A stretch of DNA of 64,000 bases from Selaginella moellendorffii (Eukaryota > Plantae > Lycopodiophyta), in NCBI RefSeq assembly GCF_000143415.4, contig NW_003314295.1, positions 248,001 to 312,000 of the forward strand, given 5' to 3'. A program made the translations under genes and the position numbers. The notes beneath the pieces are model-generated. The model was not told the DNA's origin, made no database searches, and was given only the letters and a program-made list of their open reading frames with translations. This document shows, piece by piece, positions 12,001 to 25,099 of the stretch. The stretch's first letter is position 1; each line of letters begins with the position of its first letter.

Positions 12001-14618
12001 AACTATCAGCAGCGTGAAAGAGCCGAAGGTGTTTGCTACAACCATAGTCCGAGAAAGTGAAGCAATGAATCGGAAAAGACCTCCCGACATTTGATGAATT
12101 AAGAACATGAGGAGGAACTGCTGGAAGAACCTGAAACACAAACATAAAATATCAACACTTTTCTCACTTAACATCAATGTAACAGACCTGGCGGCACTAG
12201 GAGCAAATCCAACCACGTAGTACGTCATGCACACCCAAAGTGCTGATTCGAGCAGGGACACTGGAATTCGAGTGATCAAGTTAGGAAGAGAAAATGCCCA
12301 CGCAGGAAATAGCATCTGGTCCCGCTGCTTGTAAAATACTGGAAGTCGCGCAATGGTCATTGACAACTCCGCAAATCCATTAAACATGACGATGATCAGG
12401 CCGAAGAATAAGGCTCCCATGTAGAGACTGCCATCGCCAACAGTTCTGTGATGCATTTCGGTCCGGAGAAACACAGTCATCGTGATTACGGCTATAACAA
12501 TCAGCTGCATTGGAAATTTTAGTATCAGATGTATAGATTTTAGTCTTTGATAGCATACCTGACAACTTTTGAACACATAGACGAATGAGTTCCTCTTCAT
12601 CAAAAGTATCTCCCGCGCCAAGAGAGCCTTGAAAAGCTCCCAGTTACTAAGAGCGTACTTCTGAGTGACAAGAGCTGCCGGATGGCTTTTACTCTTGTCG
12701 AAAGGCCGCGCCAATTCTTCAGCAATGTTCTGACCGACATGGAACTTTTGAAAGGCATCCGCGAACTCCTGGACAGGTATAAATCTGTATGGCATCCTCT
12801 TGTCAGCCCAATACTGTTCCTGGTCTTTCCTTGACGTGACTTCTTGCAAAAAGTCCGCGACACCTTTCCTCGGAGGACATTTAAATCCCTGCGTCTCGAA
12901 GAAATCCAACACGAGTTCCCGGGGCCCCTGATACACAATCTGCCCCTCCGATAGAAGAATCAAGTCGTCGAAAAGCTCAAACGTCTCGGGAGCAGGCTGG
13001 AGCAAGGAGATGACCATGGTAGCATCGAGCACATGGACAAACTGCCTTAAGCTCTTCACTATCTGAAATGTGGTCGAGCTGTCAAGACCGGTTGAAATCT
13101 CGTCCATGAAAAGAGACTTTGCAGGCCCAACGAGCATCTCTCCTGCAAAATAAACATTTGTCATAAACAAATCGTGACCAAAAAGCTTCCAGGCTTGCAA
13201 GTCTTACCTGTAGTGACACGCTTCTTTTGTCCTCCAGAAATACCCCTGCGCATGGCGTCTCCGACAAGTATATCAGAACAAACGTCCAAACCCAAAATCT
13301 GGAAGCGAAAAAATGCATGAGAACCGCGAATCCTCTTTGATCACGATCCAAAACACGCTTACCTTCAGCACATAGTCCGTTACAATGGAGGTCTCCTGAC
13401 CCTCTATAGCCGACGCCTGTAAGAAGCTCGTAAGAGCGCTGCCAACCAAAAAGTGCTTATTACCTTCATGAACGCATCAACATCGGGATCCGGTTTGATC
13501 TTGGCGTTTTTCTCCCGTCTTGAAAGCTCCGTTATCATCTCTGACACAAGTTATAGGAAAGTCAATTCCACTTGCACGCCAACCCAGGACGTTGCTTACC
13601 ATATCTGCTTCCCACTCCTTGACACCTAGAAGCAAAATCAAACGTCTCCCTCACTGTCAACTCCCCGCTATGCAAGTCGTGTTGGCTTATGTAAGCAGAA
13701 GTCCTTTGAGGCACAAATTCAGTCAATGTGTGGCCATTGTAGGTGACTCTCCCAGAAACCTGTAAAGTAAAATCTAAGATGAGAACCATCTCCTAAAAGC
13801 TAGAGGACTTCCTTGCCTTAAGGCTTTGGTCCAACTTTCCAGAAAGCGCCAGAAGCAGCGTAGTTTTCCCTGCGTTAGGAGGGCCCAGCAGAAGTGTCAT
13901 CCTGTAGAGAAGTATGAGTACAAGATTTTTGCCGAAAGCTGCAGCAATTTCATTACCTGGAAGGCTTCACGGTACCACTAACGTTGTGCAAAATCGTGAG
14001 GACGTGTTTCTTAGAAGGGAGCAAGTGTAGCTTTCCCAAGATTTGCTGGAAAAACAAATCACAACATAAAAGTAAGAGCCAGAGAGCGATGAAAAGATTT
14101 TTTCGTTAATAATACGAACCTAGGACATGTTGATGACAAAGTTAAACAGCGTCGGTAGAGCTCGCTTGCCGACACGTACAGCAGCTTCGATTTGAAGTCC
14201 TTCGTACCTCACCTCGATTTTGGGAAGGTCTATCCCGACTCTGAGACAATTGTTCCAAGAGTGAGAAGAAACTCGAATCAAAACATTTCTACTACCTGTC
14301 GATCCTTTCCCGGAGCTTGCGGATGAACATCTCGTTCTCCGTGTCCGTTGTTGCCAAGAGCTTCTCCACAAGATTCCTCCTCTCCGTGAGGCCCAAGGAC
14401 TTGACATCAATGTGCTCGTGGCGAGTGCTCCCATGCTCGCCCACGTTCTTGATTATGGCCGTCCGGAGGCGATCGTATGTGGGAAGCTTCTCCAGCGCGG
14501 CCCACTTCAGGGCCTCCTCATCGTCCACCTCCCTGACCGAGCTGCGCGAGAAGACATTTTCCGTCCACGATCGCGAGCTCGCCGCTCTCATCAGCTCCAC
14601 GTCGGTCGGAAGCGCCAT
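9064..14618 (-). pseudogene. Full-size ABCG (PDR) transporter, copy 1; multi-exon, with an in-frame TAG at 14120-14122
   Basis: PDR signatures [79 protein letters not shown] and C-terminal FNFQNR. Introns are ~50-80 bp. The last codon of exon 2 is TAG where copy 2 has CAG. Confidence 0.88.
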
Positions 14619-15605
14619 CGCTCCCCCCTTGTCCCCTCTTTCGCGACGATCCAATGCAATGTTTTCGGCAATATCTGGAATTCCGGGGCGAGGCGACCTA
14701 CAAAATTCCACCCCCGATTCGACGAGCTACCACTAGAAGTCGATTCGATCGAGATCCAGATCCCAGATCCTGGCGCTACATCCCTGGATCGATCGAGCCG
14801 GAAGAAATGAGGAGAATGGAAAATAGTTTGGGAGCTAGGGCTTTATATAACTTGGACACTTGGCCTCTTTGGACCATGGCCGGAAACTTCTACCAACAAG
14901 CTTCTCATTTAGACGCTTCTGGGATTTGATCCGACGGTCCAGACGCTTAACTAGAAAGCGCACGTGATGCTGTGATTTCGTGACCCTCTTCTATGGAGAG
15001 TCCTCGCCAATAAAAACCTGTTCTAGACAAAGTAGGAGTGCTCTTCTCGACGCCGCCGCACACGCTTTGGCGTGGATGCAAAGTTTTCTTCCCGGGTTTT
15101 TGAGCGAAATTTCGAAATAGAAGCGTTGACAGGGGTGAATATGCTGCGTACACTAGTTGTTTCAACAATGGTGTTTGAACACCACCAATAGGATTGGAAA
15201 AAAAAATGGTGGTTGTTTCCTCGAATTCGACTGGAATCGTTCGGCTATTCAATGTGACCTGATCAAAGGTCTTTACAAATTGTAGTAACTTTTGATTACT
15301 GAAGAAATTTTATGTTTACTGGAGTTATTTTATTCAATATAATTCAACTAGTTTGGAGTCAACTTTGATTTGCGATCTTTGAGCAGCATTCAAGATAGTT
15401 TTGCTCGGTGGAAGGAGGTCCCGTGCTAATAATGTAAAACACTTCGGTTTACTAGCAGTTTTTTAAGTACAACTTGTGGTAGAGTTTGATCTCATTACTA
15501 GCAGCTTTTAAATACAATATGTGCTGTCATAAGATCTCGCTGCGCTATATGCTAAACATTCGCGTTTGCAAATCAAAAAGCGATTGAGATTCTCATCTTG
15601 TAAAC

Positions 15606-17687
15606 TTACAATCTTTTCGTCATGTAGGGACCTTCTAGCTCATAGCCTAGTTTCCTGTAGTAGTGTCTAGTTCCCACTCCGGATATCACTGCCAGTTTCA
15701 CGGATCGATGCTCCTTGCGAGCTATCCTCTCGGCTTCTTCCATCAAAAGAGTTCCATACCCTGTACAAATTGGAAGTAGCTTGAGACAATAGGATAAAGA
15801 TGAAAACAAATAGACATGGTGTTGTAGCTTGTCGGCGTCACGGCCATGAACCGGCACCACAGTTCCATAAACGTGCAGCTCGCGAACTATCGAACATCTG
15901 TCCAGCAGATCGGGGCATGTAGCGTTGGGACCGCATTTTCTCATGCGCAGTAAACCCACCAGTATATCCTAGATGATCACTCTCAAGCAAGATAAGCATG
16001 ATATGCATGAGAAAGACTTTGAGAAAGCTTTAGGCAAAATACCTGTCTAGTGTCTTCATAGGCCAGAAACGTCTCCCAGCCTTTGTTAGCACAGTAGTCA
16101 CGCCTTACTAGCTCTACTTCTTCAGGCTTGATTTGATTGTGTATATCCTGCAAAAGAATCAGAATTATTAGTTGAATGTTACTTACTCGTAAGCATGTGA
16201 GCAAACCTGAATCCCAGCTTCTCTTGTCCTGACATCTCTACATTTCAAGCCCAAGTCCTCCATCCTCATCAACGCCAGCTCTCGCAGGTTTCCCTTCTCG
16301 ACGCCCGACGTTACAAGAGGCATGGGGATATCACGTTGTATGCGATAGACCCGAGTCCAGGGAGGTACCAGAGACAACACTCGAGGAAATTGACACCGGG
16401 ACGGGGAGGCGTTGTCCAGCAGCGGCTGAGCGAGGACGAGGCCAGGGTACGGGCAATTGCGGAGATTGTAGGGGCTATGGTGGAAGGACGCCGCAGCGGT
16501 GAGGACGTCGATCTCAATGCGCTTAAATCCGCTGCTTGCCGCCGCTACGGCCTTGCCCGAGCGCCAAAGCTCGTGGAGACGATCGCGGCGTTGCCAGAGA
16601 ATGAGCGCGATCTCGTCCTGCCCAGGCTCAAGGCCAAGCCTGTGCGCACTGCCTCTGGGATTGCCGTGGTTGCCGTCATGTCCAAGCCGCATCGGAACCC
16701 ACACATCGCCTATCTGTGTCTGCTGCCCGGGAGGCCCAGATTCGGACTTCGAATATAGCACACAGTCCTGGTATGAACCAACGAGCATGAGAGCAATTCG
16801 AGCAAGGTAAATTCTATAGTCTTTTTCATTTCTTTTTTTGCTAGCAAAAAAAAATTCAGGTACAATCCTTATATACAGCCATAGCGTGGATAAGGTGATC
16901 AAGTTTATGGATTCTCTTCTCTGTCACTGAGCAAAGGTGATCGCCACAGGTTGAATGTATCCTTATGGGAGGTACTTTCATGTCTTTGCCAGCAGAATAC
17001 CGCGACTATTTTATCCAAAATCTCCATGACGCTCTGTCTGGTCACACCTCTCGAGATGTGGAGGAAGCCGTGAGATACTCAGAGCATGCTGCCATCAAGT
17101 GCATTGGACTGACCATTGAGACGTAAGCCTTGCGTGGTTTCTTTCAATCACCTGGTTTCTTAATTTCGTTTTTCTCGCTGTTGCAGGCGTCCCGACTACT
17201 GTCTGTCTCCTCACTTGCGCCAGATGTTGTCTTATGGCTGTACGCGGCTTGAGATTGGGGTGCAGAGCACGTACGAAGATGTCGCTCGAGATACTAACCG
17301 GGGCCATACTGTTGCTGCTGTTGCCGACTGCTTTTGCCTTGCCAAGGACGCTGGCTTTAAGGTCCGATGGCATTTCCTACACGAACTTCTTTCGCTGATT
17401 ATGTATTTCAGGTGGTTGCTCATATGATGCCTAACCTTCGAAACGTTGATATGGAACGGGACATGGAAAGCTTCCGCGAGTTTTTTGAAAATCATTCCTT
17501 TCGAGCGGACGGCCTCAAAATCTATCGAACGCTGGTTATTCAAGGGACAGGTTTGTACGAGCTATGGAAGACTGGAAGGTTAGTGTATTTGCTGGTCTTT
17601 TCTCCGAGACAAAACTGATGTGCATCCTGATTGATACAGGTACAAGAACTATCCACCTGAACAACTCGTCAATCTCTCCACTGCCAT
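15606..17687 (-). pseudogene. ELP3: Elongator complex protein 3 pseudogene with internal inversion (16384-17675)
   Basis: C-terminal exons on the minus strand ([33 protein letters not shown]). N-terminal exons on the plus strand ([45 protein letters not shown]). The start ATG GCA GTG GAG remains on the minus strand at 17687-17676. Confidence 0.92.
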
Positions 17688-17696
17688 TTGCTGCTA

Positions 17697-17705
17697 AAAC
17701 CCTAA
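17697..17705 (+). promoter_or_regulatory. Telo-box (AAACCCTAA) just upstream of the ELP3 start codon
   Basis: Exact motif 10 bp from the ATG, with a second partial AACCCTAA at ~17712. Telo-boxes are typical of plant translation-related genes. Confidence 0.6.
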
Positions 17706-20229
17706 CCCAAGAACCCTAAAAGAAAAAGTTGAAATATATTTTTGACCAGCCATCGCTCCATTCTAGCCCTAAATTCAAACCTGTCTTTTTTTTTCCTTTA
17801 AAAATTAAGTTATTTTGAAATTTTTTTTAATCAGTTTTAACAAGTCCATTGCTATTTAAATTTTTGGTTTGCTTAAGTAAACGTTATAGTGGGACCCATT
17901 TTCATTCAACAAAGCCTCAAAGAAAACACACCTTTCTAGTCGTAATGTCTACCAAACACGCCACACGCTCAGAGTCTGCTCCCCACCTCTGAGGTATCAA
18001 TCTCCTTTCTCCCCAACCTCGCAAAACCCCTCCCTCAAGATGTCCCACCACGTCAGCCTGTTTGCCACGTGAACTATTCGCGATACAACCAAAAAATAGA
18101 AAAAGTTAGGGTTAGGGTTCGACAGTAAGGCTTTGCTAACGATTCGAACGGCGTTTACTTGTGTGTCCTCAACTCCTAGACTAATGTCACATGCATAACA
18201 TTGTGTAGTCATTTCCTCTTTTTCGAAGGAGAGACTTGAAAAAACATGGGTCTGATTGAGCGCTCTCTAGGACTTCTAACATTGCTGTCGAATATCAAAT
18301 TAGAGAATCGTAATTCTGTGGCTAACACTGTCCATGGCATTGCACTCTCTGTTTGCTGAGCCAAAATTGTCATCTTAGCTTGAGTTGGCTGATCTATTAC
18401 CAATAGGGCCCATCGTACCGTGAAGAACACTTCCTTCCTAGGATGCCTTGCACCACAACTTTGGCCATGACAGAATCTCCAACACCAAAGGGATGATCAT
18501 TGATTCTTTTTCTTGTAGTTCCTTGAATAACGAGCTTGTGCCTGTTCAATGTTTGCTCTTGCTCTTTCTTCCAAGATCGGCCTGTGATTCGAGCTTTCTC
18601 CAATGTAGTTCTGGGATTCAATACCATCATTGGTTGCGGTGAGATCTCGCTCAAAAGGTGAAAAACCTGTGGACTCGTGTCTTGTTGTTCTGTAAGCAAA
18701 GAGTACTTCCGGCAAAACATTGTCCCACTCCCCTTTCTTGAGCAAAATATTTACTGAGACCATCTTTTCTAGTGTCTTGTTTAAGCGCTCTACCATGCCA
18801 TTAGTTGAAGGTTTGAATCGTCCTGTCAGGGTGTGCTTCGCACCCATTCTGCAGCACAGTAGGGAGAATGCCTCACTGCAAAACTCTTTTCCCCTGTCAG
18901 TAAGGATCTCCTCTGGGACTCCATGTCTTAAGATAACATCCTCGTAGATAAACTCCACGGCAGTCTGAGTAGATTTGTCTTTTACTGCTCGTGCCTCAAC
19001 CTACTTAGAGAAGTAGTCCATGCAAACAACAATATATTTGTTGCCATGTCTGGAGGGGAAGTTGAAAGGTCCAACAAAATCAAGTCCCACCCTTGCAAAG
19101 GCCCTCCAATTGGCAACGGCTGTAATTCTGAGGTTATAGATGACCGCATAGGAGCATTAGAGATCTTGCAAGCCGTACATGAGGCTATCACCCGATCAAC
19201 ATCATTCCTCATACCAATCCACCAGTAATGCTGCTGTAAATCATCTAGGATCCTGTTCCGTGATAAATGTCCCGATAAAGAGGAAGCATGGTATCTAGCA
19301 CGAGCTCATCGACCTCATCCCGCTGAACTACCAACAGGTATTGATTCAGCTCTCTTGAAGCGATGTACATTAGCTTGCCATCTAGCACACCAAACTTATC
19401 TCTTCCTCGATTGAGTTTTCTCCTCACTGACTTGTCAATGCCAGGAACAATCTCTCCTGAGTCAGCAAAGGCCAAGCGCAGTTTGTATTCTTCGCGATCC
19501 ATCTGAAGTCCAAAGCAGGGATAACTACCTCAACCAACCCACACACTTAAATAATCAAGTCCAAATGGGGATGCTCACGCGGATGGAACTACAACCCAGA
19601 ACAGGAATGATAAATATTGCCACTATAGCAAGGAAATTCAACAAGTTTGTGAGACAGTCTAGCTGTGAAAGGCTCTGGATAACCCGTGAGCCTCTTTTGT
19701 AAACAATTTCATAGTCATATCCCATTAAGTAAATCGACCATCGCTGGAGACGACCTGAGAGTGATCCTGAGCCTTGAAGAGCCTTGAGCGCTTGGTGATC
19801 AGTTTCGATTTTGACTCGGGTGCCATGGACATAAGCACGGAAGTGTTTGAGTCCCTGTACTACAGCAAGACATTCCTTTTCCGAAATGGAGTAATTTTGC
19901 TCAGCTTTCTGCTATAATAAGCAATGGGATGTTCCGCATTGCCAATCTGTGCCAATATTGCTGATATGGCAAGTCTTGACGCATCGCACTGCAAAAGCTG
20001 CACAAGATGGATCAATACATTACCAGGCAACCACAATACCTGCAATCAGGATAAGATAATATAGGCTACTTGCACAGCTCCCGCTTTAGTTCTTCAAAGG
20101 CGTTCTGCTGCTTGGCACCCCAAGCCATCCGCTCCGACTGCTTTAGAAGCTTTGTCAGTGGCAAGGCCCTTTCTGCGATTTGTTGATAAATCTTCGATAA
20201 TAGCCAGCCAGACCAAGAAAGGCTTTAAT

Positions 20230-20278
20230 CTGCATCGAGACATTAGAGTTCCAAACACACGAAGGAGAACTCGTGTAC
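20230..20278 (-). other. 49-bp GT-AG intron at the RT thumb/connection region
   Basis: TAG|GTACACG...CTAAT...ATGCAG|ATT. Removing it gives FPIPEGKK*IKAFLGLAGYYRRFI, the canonical spacing with one CAG>TAG decay. A CTAAT branch-point motif is present. Confidence 0.8.
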
Positions 20279-20713
20279 CTACTTCTTTCCCTCAGGAATA
20301 GGAAACTCCTTCACTGCTGATATTTTCTCAGGATCCGGAGCAATTCCTTTGCCAGATACCACATGTCCAAGAAACTTAATTTCGCGCATGAAGAAGTGAC
20401 ATTTTTTTGGCTTAATCTTCAGACCTGCTGCTTTCAATCTATAAAATACCTTTCTGAGGTCTGTGATGTGGCTACATACTCCCCGAGAATAGACATTAAC
20501 GTCGTCTATATAGACAAGTGACGATTCCCATCTGAGCGTACCGAGGACACGGTCAATAAGTCTTTGAAAAGTAGCACTCGTGTTACATAGCCCAAAAGGC
20601 ATGCTTTTGAACTGGTACAAACCATCCCGGCATGTAAAAGCTGTCTTTTCCTTATCCTCTTCTCTCATAGGCACTTGCCAGAATCCAGAGGCTAGATCAA
20701 TTGAGGAAAACAC

Positions 20714-20762
20714 CTGCGTTACAACACATAAGTACCAGCATACCTCTCTCTCAGACATCTAC
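20714..20762 (-). other. 49-bp GT-AG intron within reverse transcriptase
   Basis: CAG|GTAGATGT...TAACGCAG|GTG. Removing it joins DQLAGAQ to VFSSIDLASGFWQV with the canonical RT spacing and repairs the frame. Confidence 0.85.
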
Positions 20763-22252
20763 CTGTGCACCAGCAAGCTGGTCGAGTGTATCATCTATTT
20801 GTGGTAGTGGATAAACATCACGCTTAGAAATGGAGTTCAACTTGCGATAATCAATGCAGAATCTGGTTGTGCCATCCTTCTTCTCGACGAGAACCACTGG
20901 CGATGCCCAGGGTGATGATGAAGGCTCAATTACGTCAGCATCTAACATTTTCTTAATCTCCTCGGAAACAATCTTCCACTGTTTGGGAGTTTCACGGTAT
21001 GCATGCTGCTTGATAGGCTTGCTTGAGGAAGTATGGATCTCATGATGAAGCATATCAGTTTTGGTCAAGAGTTCCAGTACTAAAAATCTCCTGATACTGC
21101 CACAGCAACTCATCAAATTCAGAAACGAGATCCGTACCTGAGAGCATATCTCCAACTTTTAGTTCTCCTTTTATCCTCCCAAGGAATTTTAGAGCCTCCT
21201 CATCTAGTGGCAGCTTTTCTGAAGACATACAGCTCACTCCCCCAACATAATTTTTGAATGGTTCTCGCAATCCAAGAGCATCCAGACCATAAACAGCTGT
21301 ATAGCACACAATGTCTGAGATATCTTCGCATGCTGCCTCGGCTATAGGATCACCCGACTTGACGTTCACCGTGGAGGTTGTCAAGTTTGCCATAAGGATG
21401 TCAGGCTTGTCCTTATATGCAGAACTAATTATTCCATTAGCTACTGACATGCCTCTCTAGAGTGCCTGATATGAGGACCACAAGTGATGAACGTTCCCTT
21501 GCAGCAACAAATAAAGAATTGTGTTGGGACAAATGCCTACATGTACTGGGCATGAATACATGCAGCATGGAACAAAACAAATTAAATCACAACCTGTGAC
21601 ATAGGAGGAATCGTAATGTCTGCGTCCGCTTTTAGTAGCACCACCTTTCGATCAACCAAAAATACTTTGTTTGCAATTGCCTCTGCAAAGAGCAACCACA
21701 GCTTGTGAGGCAACATCAATCTGGATGCCATGTTACCTTTGCATGGCTCCTTCCACAGATACATCCCTTGCTTGATTGGAGCAAATGTTTTAAACTCGGA
21801 AGTGCAACAAAAGGCTTTGTGTGAAGATTCAGGTTTAAGCAGACCCCCCAACTTCACAGGTCTGTGACCATTGGAGAAAGTGAGTTGCCTCTCCCTTATT
21901 TCAATCTTTGCACCTATAGCATCCATCCAATCAAGTCCCAATAGTGCTGCATTTGCACACGTGACTATACATGTCATCCTCACTGTTGTGTTCCCAACCT
22001 TCAAATCAAGGTTGACTAGACCTCAAGGTGTATATAGCTCATCATTGATCATGTGTATAAGTATGTGATGACAAGGGCATACCACCTTGGAGGCCTCTGT
22101 TACCCACTTTTCTAGCACTATTGTCTCATCATAGCTTGTGTCCACCATGGCCACCACTCTCTCAGAGAAATCTGAGTTCAACCATAGAGATAACAAATTG
22201 ATTTTCTTTTGGTCCACCATATCATGACCACAACAAAATTTTGTGATTGTAG

Positions 22253-22805
22253 TGTAAGCAATCAAAGAGAACAACTTAAGAGACAGTCCATAGGGTTCAA
22301 ATATAGAGGGAAAGGGCTCATGAATAAAAGTGCATCCCCTTTTTCAATGGGTCTTAGGATATTTGGGTTAAGCGTTCTAGGGTTTGAATAGTACTGGGTT
22401 GGGTGACCTCCCGGGAAATCCAAATTCAAGAGCTTACATTTGGTATCAGAGAAGTCTCGAGTCTGATTCTGTTGGTTAGTTTAGGGGAATCACATTTGAG
22501 ATTAACATTTGGCAAGTTTAGTTTGCTTCTGGCTGGGCTAGACTCGAGGGGTAGGGTGTTAAGAGAGCAAGGCTCTCGGGAGAGATGCAGCTCTCAACTT
22601 CCATTCACGAAGGCGTGAATTTGCAAAGAAGCATGATGGATTGTAAATAACTAAAGAGAACGGCTTGAGAGACGGTCTATAGGGTTTAAATATAAAGGGA
22701 AAGAGCCCATGAATAAAAGTGCAACCCCTTTTCCAATTAGTTAATTAAATGTCCTTAGGTTTAAATAATACTGGGTCCCAAAAAGTCCAAATTCAAAAGC
22801 TTATA
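22253..22805 (+). mobile_element. Cassandra TRIM (5S rRNA-derived LTRs), copy 1, nested in the Gypsy element
   Basis: LTRs 22253-22438 and 22642-22805, PBS TGGTATCAGAG at 22441 (tRNA-iMet), 5S-like TAGTACTGGGTTGGGTGACCTCCCGGGAA, and a 5-bp TSD TGTAG on both sides. Confidence 0.92.
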
Positions 22806-25099
22806 TGTAGAAAGAAGGGTAAAGTATCCATTATTTGCGTCTGACCCTTGCACAAGCGCAAGCTCTAATTTAAATTCTCTTCCGAAGACTTTGCTTTAAG
22901 GGCCTCAACTTACCAGTTCAGGTCATTGTATCACTTCTCTAGGTCAGCAATGTAGGTACAATCATGTTGAATGTGGCCCTCTTTCCCAGAAGTGTAACAA
23001 CCAATCCTTTTGCTAGGTCCCTTGTCCCTTTCCCCATCAGTAGGTGCCAACTGCTTGACACCACTACCTACCATGGAACCATTGGTATATCTGTTTTTTT
23101 GAGACCAGCTACCTCTCGAGAAAATCTCACCTCTTTTGGCATCATAGTAGTAGTCCTCTGGCTCTCCTGAGTCATCACTCTCTTGTATCTATGGCTGAGC
23201 AACACGTGTTGTAATTGCTTTGGGTTTCCACTTTTTTAATGCTTTTGCTGCCGCAGAAAGCAATTTGTCCATAGATCTCGTTTTTGCAGTGATCAGATAA
23301 GGCTGCAAATCCTCACGAAAGCCTCAATAAAAAGCTTGCTTCGCCATCCTTTCTACCTTTTCAATGTCATTAGAGATATATGTGGCAGCCCGTCATAGAA
23401 CAGCCCAATATTGCTGCACAATTTTGCCCTTTTGATAATTTCTTGTATTGATAAGTTCAAAGGCTCTATCCTCTAGATCCCCAATGATGAAGAGCCTCTT
23501 GGCCAAAGCTATGGCCTCATTCCATAATGTGTGATAAACATTCTTTGTGCCTCTCTTGAGAAAGCTATAGAGTGAATGCCTTGCATAGTGAGGGTATGTG
23601 CGGAAAAAGATAAAAATTGTGGCCCAAGAAATGATGGAATGGATGGAATGGAGGCCATATTATGGTGGATGATACAGAAGAGGACTATGTGTGATCTGAT
23701 GTCGCAATTGGAAGTAGTAGCTAATATTGGGATTTGATGTAGAGTGTAAGATGAAATGGCCAAATGCTGCTGGAAGCATGTGGAGTGAGAAAATTTGTTT
23801 GCTCCACTGATGAGTGGCTGGATGCTTGTTCTATGTAGGCCCAATTGATTGAAGAAAAGAGCTAGAATGTCTCTAGATTTACTGCAAGTCTCATACTGTG
23901 ATGGTTTAAATTGTATATTTTGTCTCTAACGTCCAAAAAATTTGATTTTTGTTGCATTATATTGTTGAAAGTCTTCTCAATAGAGTGATGTTGGAAGATC
24001 CTAAGTACCATGTATATATGGTGTGGAAATAATGAAAAACAGAGAGTCGGTATTTGTGATGATGGAATGCAATAATTATAAAAGTGAATAGAGTAATGAT
24101 TTGTGAATATAAATGAATGGGAATGAAGAGGAGAATGTGTTCCCAAAAGTGATAGAGACAAGAACCTGGGAACCAAGAGGAAAGGCCGGAAGATGAACAA
24201 GCTCCTAGACAAGTGGAGTTAAGGCCACCTTGAGGCTAGAATCTAAGCTTGAGCTTGTGTTGGCAAGAGGATATGGCCTAGAAGGACATGAGAAACAAGT
24301 GAAAACAAAGAAGAAATAAAAAGAAAGTTAAAAGCTCAAAGAGAGGAGAAAATTCACTGCTAGTGAAGAAGGTAAGTCAAGCTTTTCTTAAGTGTTGTTG
24401 TGAAGGAGCTCCCCTTTGGAGGGCAAAAGAAATCCTAGAGAAGGCCTTGGATTCCATAGAAAGTTAAGCTGAAGTTAGGCATGATGATCTAAAGCTTGTG
24501 GTGTCGAGAGAATTCGAGACCACAAGAGATATTGATATAAGACTTGGAGTATGGTGTCTAGTTGTGCTGGCTGCTCCTGGATGGAGAATGTTGATGCTGT
24601 TGAAGAGGAGAAACTCACACTAAGTGTTTGTAGAAGTCTAGTGGGCAAAAAAAGTGTTAATGCTTGGGAAAGCTACCACAAAATCGAATGAATTTTGTGG
24701 CTATGGTCGGGTTGGACCATTAGAATGAAAGAAATATAAAGAAGTATGAGATAAAAGGGAGAAGCTTTAAAATCACACTTGGTATTATTGCATTGCAACT
24801 AATTTATACCAAGGATGAAGTCAAAAGCTTGACTTAGCACCAATTTGAATTTCAAGCTTGAGATCTCCTACACCTACAGTTAAGTCAGCCTCATGCTATG
24901 TATATGCATGTGTATAGTTGTTGTCATAAAAATAAAAATTGGCTCTATAGCAAAATTGAACTATAGTTGACAGTGTGTGGCAATAGGTTGAGCAATAGAA
25001 GATAAACTTAAGCCTATAATAATCAATATGAAGAGAATAATAAAAAACCTTTTGTTATAAAAATGAGTTCAGAAAGTAAACATTGGATGAATTAGTGCT

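Larger units (their letters stand above)
17946..23560 (-). mobile_element. Ty3/Gypsy retroelement (gag-PR-RT-RH-INT), decayed, with intron-like interruptions; possible 3' LTR at ~17946-18212
   Basis: Gag-like segment at ~23230-23530 and zinc knuckle CYTSGKEGHIQHDC at ~22957-22999. Protease AMVDTS; [40 protein letters not shown]; RNase H CDAS, TDHQAL; integrase TDRGKEF, PSTNGMVER, GPY. Purine tract at ~18213-18225. Confidence 0.9.
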
